From positions 13,271,934 to 13,335,933 of the forward strand of contig OZ316899.1 in NCBI GenBank assembly GCA_973895155.1: a DNA stretch of 64,000 nt, in the 5' to 3' direction. Positions 11,646 through 21,128 of this stretch are shown here, in pieces (position 1 is the stretch's first letter; the number at the start of each line of letters is the position of its first letter). A model generated the notes under the pieces. The model searched no databases. It was not told the origin of the DNA and worked only from the letters and a program-made list of their open reading frames with translations. Origin of the DNA: Marsupella aquatica. Taxonomy: Eukaryota > Plantae > Marchantiophyta. A program made the position numbers and the translations under genes.

Positions 11646-12615
11646 GGTATTTGTTTGTTGGATCTTTTTGGTGGGATTAGCACTGGATTGGCTGCTGTTC
11701 TTCAGGTAGGAATTCCTGTGCGTCGTTATTTGTATGTGGAGACAGATGAGACAACACGGAGGGTCTCATTGCGACATGTGGCTATGTTGGTGGATAGATA
11801 TCCACAGTTGCTGCCAGTGGATGCTGTTTGTGGTTATCAGCATGCACTACCTGCTGATATTTCATTGTTGGGGGCGGATCATCTACATCATGTTGGCCCC
11901 ATTGATTTGGTGATTGCTGGTTGGCCATGTTAGGGCCAATCTAGAGCTGGCATTGGGCATGGACTTCATGATCCACGCTCTGCATTGTTTTGGGAGATGT
12001 TACGGGTGCTGCGTCATCTCCAGCTACATCAGACAAAGTCTCCAGCATACATTTTAGAGAATGTGCCATTGTTAGGTGATGATCGTAGTCGGATTGTTGC
12101 CAGTGTTCACCAGGTGAGGTCTTGGATTGGACCTGCTGTGTTATTGGATGCTGCACGCGTGGGTTCTCGTGCACATCATCCACGCTTGTGGTGGACTAAT
12201 TTGATCCCATGTGAGGTGCTGAAGCGCACATTTGACAGCATTCCATGCTCACCAGCCTTAGTGGTGGATGATATTTTGGATCCAGGGCGTCGGGCACAGG
12301 GTGTGACCCAACCTGATAGACCTCCATTGGCAATGGTCAATGCAGTTGGGCGCCCACGTTGTGCATTACCCACTCTTGTAAGCCACTCTGCTTTATATGC
12401 ATTCAGAGCAGGTGGCCCTGGACTTGTGTGGGACACAGCTCTCCAGCAGTTAGTGGAGCCTACTGCTGATGAGAGAGAGCGTGCTATGGGATTTTTGATT
12501 GGCACCATTGCAGTTGCCTCTGTGTCAGAGGGTTTGCGGCGCCAGGTTCTTGGTCAAGCAATGGACCTGAATTGTTTGACTTGGATTATCAGCTTGGGAG
12601 TAGCTGAACAGTTGC
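11646..12615 (+). pseudogene. DNMT3-like C5-cytosine DNA methyltransferase domain inside pol (one in-frame TAG at 11931)
   Basis: Motif I LDLFGGISTG; II YLYVETD; IV DLVIAGWPC*G (TAG probably from CAG) followed by GLHDPRSALFWE; VI YILENV; VIII DAARVGSRAHHPRLWWTN; IX-X ERERAMGF...RRQVLGQAM. These match DNMT3 AHRARYFWGN and ERVFGF...RQRLLGRSW. Confidence 0.92.
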
Positions 12616-12899
12616 GGATGCGCTTTGCTGGAATTACTGATTGTCCCTTGGTGAGCTTGCGGTCCACTGAGACAGTATTGACCACAGTTGGGGGCGAGCA
12701 GAAAGTCCATGGACCTATGGCAGGATTGGCCAAGGCTGGACAGATTGTTGAGCAGGAAGGGACTGCTCAATTTACTGCTAAATAGCAATCATCGGCTATC
12801 TCTTCTACCCTACAAAGAGATATTAGGGATTTGGTGGAGAGTTGGGAACCACAGCTTGGCCCTAAGTTAACAGGGGAGGAGAGACGTCGCATGCATCGA

Positions 12900-14280
12900 T
12901 TCCTGAAGAGTTATTGGAATTGTTTTGCATTCAGCATGAAGGATTTGGGACACTGAAGGGCCCTGGTATTCAGATTGAATTGGCTAGTGATGCGCCAATC
13001 TTTCGTAGACCATACCATTATAGTGACATGGAGAGAGCTCTGATTCAAAGCAGAACTCAAGATTTGTTGGAGGCTGGATTGGTGGAGATTTCATATGGGG
13101 AGTATGCATCTGCCACAGTGATGCCAGCCAAGAAGGATGTGCATGGCAATTACACAGATAGGCGCATGTGTGGTGATTACAGACCTATTAATCACCAGAC
13201 AAAATCTGATCGATATGCCATGCCCACACCTGAGGAGATCTTTGATGCTGTGGGGCATGCAAAGGTTTTCAGTTCATTGGATCTGAGGGCAGGGTACCAT
13301 CAACTTCCAATTAGGCATGCTGACAGGTCCAAGACAACATTCTGGGGGATTGATTCTTATGGCAAAGATCATTTGTATCAGTGGTTATTCTTACCAAATG
13401 TTGAAGAATGCACCAGTTGAGTTCCAGAGAGTCATGGATCGAATCCTTGCAAGTTTGGATTTTGTCAAATGTTATATTGATGATATTTTGGTCTATTCTT
13501 CTACTGTGGAAGAACATCAGCAGCACTTGCAGATTGTGTTGGAGAGATTGAGAGCACATGGGTTGAAGCTCCATCCTGGCAAGTGTAAGTTCTTCCAAGA
13601 CCAGATTGAGTATTTGGACCACACTATATACCCAGGGGGATTGGGTGTACAGCAGACTAAAGTGGAGGCCATTACACAGATTCCTTGTCCTACTGATGTG
13701 AGTAGAGTTCGTGCATTCTTGGGATTGGCGAGCTACTACAGGAGGTATGTTAAAGGATTTAGCCAGCTTGCTAAACCTTTGACCATACTCACTAAGTTGG
13801 ATCAGGAATGGATTTGGGATGATGACCAGGAGCATGCCTTTCAGGAGTTGAAGCAAAGGTTGGCATCATCCCCTATTTTGAGAAGACCCATTTCAGGCAG
13901 ACCATTTCAGCTACACACTGATTGGAGTGGAGTAGGACTTGGAGCAGTGCTGACTCAGAAGGATGATGAGGGGAATGAGTTTGTTGTGGCTTATGCCAGT
14001 AGATCAAACAATTCAGCAGAGGCTAAGTATAGCTCTTATGAGGGAGAGTGTTTGGCAGCAGTGTGGACTGTTGCACACTTTTGTTGCTACTTGTTTGGTA
14101 ACCCCTTCACCTTGATGACTGATCATCAGCCTCTTAAGTGGTTAATGGAGTCTGACAAGCTTACAGGGAAGCTTGCACGATGGGCATTGTTGTTACAGGA
14201 GTATGATTTCTAGGTGGTGCATAGGCCTGGAAAAGTGAACTTGGATGCAGATGGATTAAGCCGCAATCCATGTACCAGTT
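12900..14280 (+). pseudogene. Reverse transcriptase and RNase H (gypsy type), frameshifted
   Basis: RMCGDYRPIN, FSSLDLRAGYHQ, KNAPVEFQRVMD, YIDDILVY, VRAFLGLASYYRRYV, LHTDWSGVGLGAVLTQ, TDHQPLKWL, LARWALLLQEYDF. Confidence 0.95.
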
Positions 14281-14654
14281 AGCAAGATGAGACTGGAGCC
14301 AGATGGCATGATGAGTCAGATAAGGAGATGGTGCCAGGATGGCATGCATCTGCCTTTCTTTGTTGGGTGCCAGCATACAGTGGATCTGTGAACTCTACCT
14401 CATTGGATGGAGTGGATGATGAGTCTTCAGATGTGGATGTTAGTGAGGTAACTACTGGACAGCAAGATATTCACAATGATGTGAGAGTGTTGGAATATCT
14501 GCGCAGTGGTTCTATTGTTGGCAGTGTTGATGCCAAGGAACGTGACAGGGTTCTACAGAGAGCCAAGAGGTTTCGATGGGAGGGAAACCATCTTTTGAGA
14601 GTACTGCATGATGGTAGAGTGTTGGTGGTCCCAAAACCATCATAGAGAGTACAT

Positions 14655-15740
14655 TTGGTGCGACATGCGCACGAGGAGTTGGGTCACTTTGGTGTAAAGC
14701 GCACTTACAGTTTGCTGCAGACACAGTATTGGTGGCGTGGTATGCACACTCATGTCCAGCAGTTGATAGCTAAGTGTGTGGTATGTGATAGAGTGAGAGC
14801 ATCATTTAATGCTCCCACTCCCCAGTTGCACCCGTTGCCGATCATGGGTTTGGGATATCGTTGGAGTTTGGATTTTGCTGGTCCATTACCTCTTACCCAA
14901 CGTCATAATCGGTATGTTTTGGTCATGGTGGAGCACTTCTCCAAGTGGATTGAGCTAGTGGCGTTGCCAGATAAAGCCAGTGGAGGAGTTGCTGCTACAT
15001 TTTTGGATCGTGTACTCAGTCATTTTGGAGCACCAGCTGAGGTGTTGACTGATCAGGGAACTGAGTTCCGTGGAGAGTTTGAGAGTTTGTGTGAACAAGC
15101 TCTGATTGATCATCGTACTACCTCTCGTGATCATCCTGAGGCAGATGGATTAGCTGAGAGAGTTGTGCAAACTGTGAAGAGAGGATTGCGTAAGTATGGC
15201 TTGCAGGTTGGTGATCTGGGAGATTGGGATCTCCAACTACCTTGGTTAGCTATGGGCTACCGTTTCAGTCGGCAAGCATCACTTGCATCCTTCTCACCTT
15301 ACTTTTTGCTCTATGGTAGAGAGCCAGATTTGCCAGCAGCTATTCGTCGTGATGCTGCATCAGTTGTGAACTTGGATGATCCTAATGTTTGGGTCAAGGT
15401 GTGTTCAGAGAGAGCACGGGTATTTCAGAGAGTGATGCCCATGGCTTTTGACAACCTTGTCATTGCCCAACATCGTGATACTTTGAGGTATGCCACTATT
15501 CGTGGAGGAGGTTACCGTGCAAGCATTCGGTGATTTCATCCTGGTGATTATATTTATTTGCAGCAGACAGCACCCACGACACTTGATGTGACCGCAGGCC
15601 GGACAATCTTACGTGTGCGTGAAGTGTTGCCTTCTGGTGTCCTGATGTTGGAGGGACGCGATGGTATGGTTTGGAAGGATCATGTGCGCAATTGTGCACC
15701 ATGTCACCTTCCCAACATTGATGGTACAGTAAATCCAAGC
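14655..15740 (+). pseudogene. DDE integrase (HHCC zinc finger, rve core, C-terminal region)
   Basis: HEELGHFG...CVVC; SLDFAGP, LTDQGTEF, DGLAERVV (D,D35E). No tyrosine-recombinase ORF anywhere in the element. Confidence 0.95.
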
Positions 15741-15767
15741 TTGGCACATGTTCGTGCTGGCTTGAAA

Positions 15768-15908
15768 TGTATGTTGTGTGGATTTGCTCAGGGAGCAGCT
15801 ACTATGTTGATTTGTGATAAGTGTTCTAGAGGATGGCACATGTCATGTCTGACACCACCATTGCAGGTGATTCCTAGTGGATCATGGTTGTGTCCTCAGT
15901 GTCGGTGA
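15768..15908 (+). CDS. C-terminal PHD finger of the polyprotein
   Basis: CMLC...MLICDKCSRGWHMSCLTPPLQVIPSGSWLCPQC, a canonical C4HC3 PHD, in frame with the integrase after a TGA at 15531. Confidence 0.92.
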   Translation, partial: CMLCGFAQGAATMLICDKCSRGWHMSCLTPPLQVIPSGSWLCPQCR

Positions 15909-16072
15909 AGCCGACTAGTTATCATTTGTGTTCTCTTGGCAGATATGGATTGCAGGTAAGTGATCGATGGGGCTCACTTGCACCCGGCCTCCTGATCTTC
16001 ACACCTAAAAAGGTGTATATCAACCTTGTAGAACTCATGGCTAGCTAGAGTTAGGGGACCTTACTTCCAGCT

Positions 16073-16082
16073 AGGGGGGCGA
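16073..16082 (+). promoter_or_regulatory. Polypurine tract
   Basis: AGGGGGGCGA immediately before repeat B1. Confidence 0.7.
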
Positions 16083-16219
16083 TTGTGGGTTTTGGACATG
16101 TGTGGACATGAGTTCCACTTGTATTCCATTCTCTTGTGTTTGTGATGTGGTAGTGTGACTATGTCTGGATGTATGTGACAAGCGATGTATGTTGTGTAGC
16201 GATATGTATGCGCACGACA
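16083..16219 (+). repeat. Split direct repeat B1 (137 bp)
   Basis: Near-identical to 16552-16688 (2 mismatches by eye). Ends GACA, followed by GC and then A2 starting TGTC. Confidence 0.95.
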
Positions 16220-16221
16220 GC

Positions 16222-16551
16222 TGTCACACCATTCTGAGTAGTGTAGTAGTATATCGTGCTATTAGAGTATGTACATTTGGTATGAGTGCTATTGGAGCCG
16301 ATAAGGTTCCGTTAGGTTTGTGTGAGAGGGTACTTCTCACTTGTGAGGCATTGAAAGGTCATCTTTCAATGTTGAGCCTTGGAGAGAGAGGAGCTTGAGT
16401 GTGGCTATGGTGGCTGTGAGCTCCGCTTGTGTAACGTGGATTCCTTGAGTAGTGCAAGGTGCGTTGGCTTGACATACGTGTGTGATCGGATCGGTGCGGG
16501 ATCGATGGGGTATTGTTGTCCGGGATCGTTGTGCCGATTGTATTAAGATTA
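16222..16551 (+). repeat. Split direct repeat A2
   Basis: Copy of 7140-7469. Confidence 0.95.
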
Positions 16552-16688
16552 TTGTGGGTTTTGGACATGTGTGGACATGAGTTCCACTTGTATTCCATTC
16601 TCTTGTGTTTGTGATGTGGCAGTGTGACTATGTCTGGATGTATGTGACAAGCGATGTATGTTGTGTAGCAATATGTATGCGCACGACA
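16552..16688 (+). repeat. Split direct repeat B2 (element 3' terminus)
   Basis: Copy of 16083-16219; ends GACA followed by TSD CATC. Confidence 0.95.
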
Positions 16689-18009
16689 CATCTTTCTTTG
16701 ACTCACATTCCAAATCACCATGGTTGAAATTATCTATCTCCTGCTGTAGATTTGTTATGATGAGCTGATGAGATGCAATGTCATTTCAAAGATCATTGAT
16801 GACTTTGTTCTTCTTCTGAAGTTCTGCCACTTCATTATGTTGAACTTCTCTTTGGGCAAGTTGTTGAGCCAGCTTCTCAATTTCTTCCATCTTGTCAAAC
16901 AATTGAACCTTGTACTCATTCATCTCAGAATTGCTTGTCGATTCCATGTGCCTCTTTTCTAGCAATTTTATCTTCAATTCAACCTCTTGTAGTTTTGCCT
17001 TGTACCTTTCAATGGTGCCAGATTCACAAAGCTCAACTGCAGATTTTGTGGAAAGATTCTTCTCAATGAGATTGCCAACCTCTACTCTCAAACTCTTGCA
17101 TACATGTTGCATGCTCATTCGCTCCTTGTTCGGGTTCAAAGTATCAATGTTGATTACATGTGGAGTTCTACTCCCAACGCCTGAAAGGTTTCATTGGTTT
17201 TCTTTTGTTGGTAGACTCCACACTGCTCGGTGTGGTTGATGCCTCAGGCTTCACAAAAAATTGTGAAATAGTAGTTGTTTTCTCCTTTTGTTGCATATTG
17301 CCCTGTTGCGCATCATCCATCTTTCTTTTGCACCCCTTGTTGGAAGTACCGATTGGAACATCTTTCTTTGCACTTTTGCCTCTATTTGTTGCAATAACAT
17401 GCACTGATTCATGCACCTGATGGGTCACCTTGCCATCATTATTTTCCCAACGGTAATCCACTTTCCAATTAAGAATGAACTCTGCAATCAAACATCAAAG
17501 AAATGGAGGACAAACAGGTCCAATTTTCCTATTTGCCTTGTTTGGAGCATATTCTCAAAATCTTTGTTGCCAATGCGTGGCAACCGCTCAATGTGTTACC
17601 TTTGAGATAGTAAATTTCTCCTTGACCAAGATCTTGTTTCCCACATTTCCGGATCATCAAAAAGCATTCGTGCAAATTTTTGGAACTCTGCTTTGGGCAT
17701 CAAAATCTCCAATTCTTTTGCATTGATGGGCCACTCATCATGAGGAGGTTTGACATTTTCTGCTACAATATTCCATTCCAAATCGATACTGCCATCCTCC
17801 AACTTTGTTGTGTTTTGCAAGGAGTTTTTGCTAGCCATAGCAGTATTACAAACATTGGGTTCCGACTCATCTTCCGGCCCAATTATTGGAGGTAGCAAGT
17901 TTCCATAAACATCATGATCAAAATCATTGTAGTAAGCATCTTGAGCGTCTTGCATGATTATAGGATCATATTTCACATTTGTATCTTTGTCATCATCATC
18001 AGATTCCAA
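16689..18009 (-). pseudogene. 5' part of the acidic/coiled-coil RING cargo gene
   Basis: Colinear minus-strand ORF pieces at 17596-18009, 17168-17491 and 16786-17139 (heptad-rich), continuing in frame across the retro insertion into the RING segment. Confidence 0.65.
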
Positions 18010-18193
18010 ATCCTAGCGTGGCATGTTTGCACAATCTACAAACATAAAAACAAATTTAGAACAAACTCAAATATTCATCAAAACAAAATATACAACAATA
18101 TAAACATATCACTTCATATAAACCATGTCAATGTTAATGCCTTCATGAGGCAATTGTTGGGTCAACCTTGTAATCTCTAAGATAAGGACTATT

Positions 18194-19819
18194 TTATGCA
18201 AATAGTCTACAATTCTGAAAGGTTCGAATCATCTTCAAACTCCAAAAGACACAATCCTGCCTTTTCTTAACGTCTGTGGCCATCATATCACAAACCATAG
18301 CTTCCAATTTAGGACCATGTTCCAATGCATTCCAACCCCTACCCAACCACCGTGTTCTCATGGATGCTCCATCCCAATTCTCTAAAAATAGACTCTCAAA
18401 AATGTTGCCCAAAGCATATATATCAGTTGCTTGGCTATACTCTACTGGAGTGGGCGAAACAAGCTCAGGAGTCAATTGTGGATATTGTTTTTGATAGGCT
18501 ACAACTTTATCTACAGGAGTAGACCACATTCGATTCTCTGGTAATTTGCACTGTGACTTATGTTTGGACAAGCCAAAATCACATAAGCCAATATACACCC
18601 TGATAGCTACATCCTCCTCATAGTCAAAATGAAGAAGAATATTTCCAAAGTGAAGATCACAATGAAATCGTCCGTGGTCATGCAAATATTGTAGCGTCTC
18701 AAGCAACGCCAAGGAGATCCCCAAACGGTTCTCCAGAAAAAGTTTCTTCTCAGAAACAAACTTAAAATCAATGTTGGAGGTACCCTGTGATTTCCCTTTG
18801 CTCTTTGACCATAATTAGCACTTATCTATGAAGCTTCCCAAATCACCTCCATTGTAGTGATCATAAACAAGTCTTGGCGGATCATCAATAGTCATTGCCA
18901 AAGCCCCAACAATTCCCTTGTGATTCAATCCTCCCATAAGCATTTCCTGTAATGCATCTGTTCTTCTCTTCTGCTTATCACCTTTTTGAATCTTTTAGCG
19001 ACTAGTGTGACATTTATCGGAATAAGAGGACAATCTAAAACGTGACAAGTGTAAACCTCTCCTTGAACACCTTTCCCGATGGAATTTGCATTTTCAACCT
19101 CTCAGGCTTAAGGAAATGAATACTCCTAACCTCCGGGACTACACGTGATGGACGTGTTCCTTTTGAATCACTTTTGATACTGACATCCCCAAACTGCATC
19201 ACCTTGTTTGCATATTTGACGTTACTTTCTGCTTTTGCCATTACCAACTCTTTACTCCAAGTTGATAACAAACTCCTCTTGTGCTTATACATCCCAGGGT
19301 TTTCAAGTAATGTACTATCATCCTAACTCAATTTGGCCACCAACACATCCCAAATATTCATCTCCAAGTTCAATGCCACATTGTCAATAAATCCAGTTGG
19401 TTTCTCACAATCAACTAGAAATGCCTCCATCTGTTCTCCTGTGAAATTCTCTTCATCCTCCACATTTTCACGCATACAACGGGTTATCTCGCTCACAAAC
19501 TTCTTGTATCCCTTCAGACCGTGCCTGGTGAACTCCTTCTCAAACGCATTTGTCTCATATTGATGTGGTTGAGTGTAACGATACAGTACTCCTTTCCATA
19601 TTGCCACTACCACGTTGAATCAAACATGTTTGACCTCAATATTCCCCCCTCTTTTTTCCTCTTCCCAATCACTTTGGTCGGAGTTACTGCATACTCAAGA
19701 GCCTTTTGTGCATTCCTGAGTGACTCAAGAGCAATCCTATCCGGTTCACCCCCCTCATCCAAAACTTTCGTGATTGTTTCCAACAATTGTCTATATTCTA
19801 CACAAAAATGAGACTCCAT
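18194..19819 (-). pseudogene. Cargo gene: unknown N-terminal region plus protein kinase domain, decayed
   Basis: LVAKRF, ALQEML...NHKGIV...LVYDHYNGGDL (manual translation of ~18820-19010), HCDLHFGNILL, CDFGLS, TPEL, YSQATDIYALG. Confidence 0.8.
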
Positions 19820-19994
19820 TGTGGCTTCACCAGAATGATACGTGATGAAAGGAGTAAAACCTTACCACTCCAAAATAATTCTTCCAATAAATTGTCGACA
19901 GAAACCCTGAAATTCACGGATCGACGTGAATTGTTATGCACTATCTCTCCCATTTCATACTTTTATTCCATTTCATTCTTATTAATGTTTTGAA

Positions 19995-20405
19995 TGTCGC
20001 AACGATAAAAGAAGGGAGAACACAATTGTAAATTATCCCATGCCGAGCCGAAGCTCCAAACATAGGCACACAAGTTTTCTTTTCTTTCAAGGTTATAACA
20101 TTCTTACTTCAATCTAGGTGATATCTATAATTTAACAACCATTTGTTGATCGAGTGAAAACATTTTCAACGAATCGTGACACCCATGCAAAATATCACAT
20201 GTTGAGCCGAAACTCCAAGCCTGCATACATGGGTTTCTCTATCGCCATAAATGTTTCACTCAATTTACAAATGATCATAAATTGTTAAGGTGATATTAAA
20301 TGACTCATGTACAAAATATCACATGTCGAGCCAAAGCTCCAAACACACGCGTACAGGATTCTCTTTATATCCCTCCATTTATCTAAAAATAAAGTTATAA
20401 ATTAC
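19995..20405. repeat. Right long inverted arm of the hAT element
   Basis: Reverse-complement similarity to 1500-1925; contains three GAGCC(G/A)AA(G/A)CTCCAA motifs. Confidence 0.7.
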
Positions 20406-21128
20406 AAAGGAAACACAAGTGAACCAATACAATACAAAATACAAAACATAACCAAAAACAAAACCAAACATAAAACTAAAAACAAAACCTACCTTATCTC
20501 TTCCTCTCCTCCTCCTCCCCTCCTTCTCCTCCCCGACTCCTCCACTCTCCTTCCCTTCACTCCTCCTCTTGCAAAAGAAGACAATGAGGGAGGAGGTTGG
20601 GAGTCGCGGAACTCGACTACCTTAACATTTAGCTCCGGCGTCGCTGACTCCGACGCTGAGCTCCCTTATGGTCCAGGCCCGGATAGGCCATCCGGGGAGG
20701 ACTTAGCATCGGGAGACTTGTGGGCAATGAGACGTGGCATTGGCGAGGCAAGGGGCCAAGCTGGGGACACACACTAAGGACTTGGACTAGCCTATGGCTG
20801 GTCAGGTCAAGGGGAAATGGGTCGGGCTCAAGGATGGCCGTTCGGACCGTCGGATGGACTTTGAGTTCTGAGGGCTTGGGAGTGAGCTCCTCTTGGGCCC
20901 AAGGCCAATGGAGTTGACGCCATTGGCAACGGACGCTTGGGGCGCAAGTTGTGGCTCAATCCGGGTTGGGCCAGTTGAGGGCCCCGAGCGGCGATCAGAC
21001 CTGAGGGCCTAGGCATGAGCACTGGGTCGGCCCGGTCACAATGGGCTAAGGCACTCCGCTTGCGGATGCCTATCAAGAAAGTTATGGGCGTTGCCAGTTG
21101 GTGGCGCGCCCATTATGCGCGATGGGAT

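Larger units (their letters stand above)
7140..16688 (+). mobile_element. Complete Ty3/gypsy-type retrotransposon encoding a DNMT3-like methyltransferase and a PHD finger, with split direct repeats (A-internal-B-A-B)
   Basis: Begins TGTC, ends GACA. TSD CATC at 7136-7139 and 16689-16692. Domain order gag-PR-MTase-RT-RH-INT-PHD. The interrupted host ORF rejoins in frame. Confidence 0.95.
1500..20405 (+). mobile_element. Large hAT-family element with ~420-bp diverged inverted arms and convergent cargo genes; interrupted by the retroelement at 7140-16688
   Basis: ~1500-1925 is an imperfect reverse complement of ~19995-20405 (e.g. TAACAACCATTT..AGTGAAAA..GAATC.TGACAC..AAATATCACAT..GAGCC.A..CTCCA, and ATATCCCTCCATTTA). 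hAT transposase lies inside. True termini and the 8-bp TSD were not found; both ends are hit by other insertions. Confidence 0.6.

Noticed and set aside
11646-12615. Bacterial restriction-modification MTase or contamination
   Set aside because: It lies within a retroelement polyprotein in intron-containing plant DNA, and there is no cognate nuclease.
7140-16688. DIRS/Ngaro/PAT tyrosine-recombinase element (suggested by the split repeats and a methyltransferase)
   Set aside because: It encodes an aspartic protease and a DDE integrase and makes a TSD. No YR motifs were found, and the MTase is C5/DNMT3-type, not the DIRS adenine-MTase-like domain.
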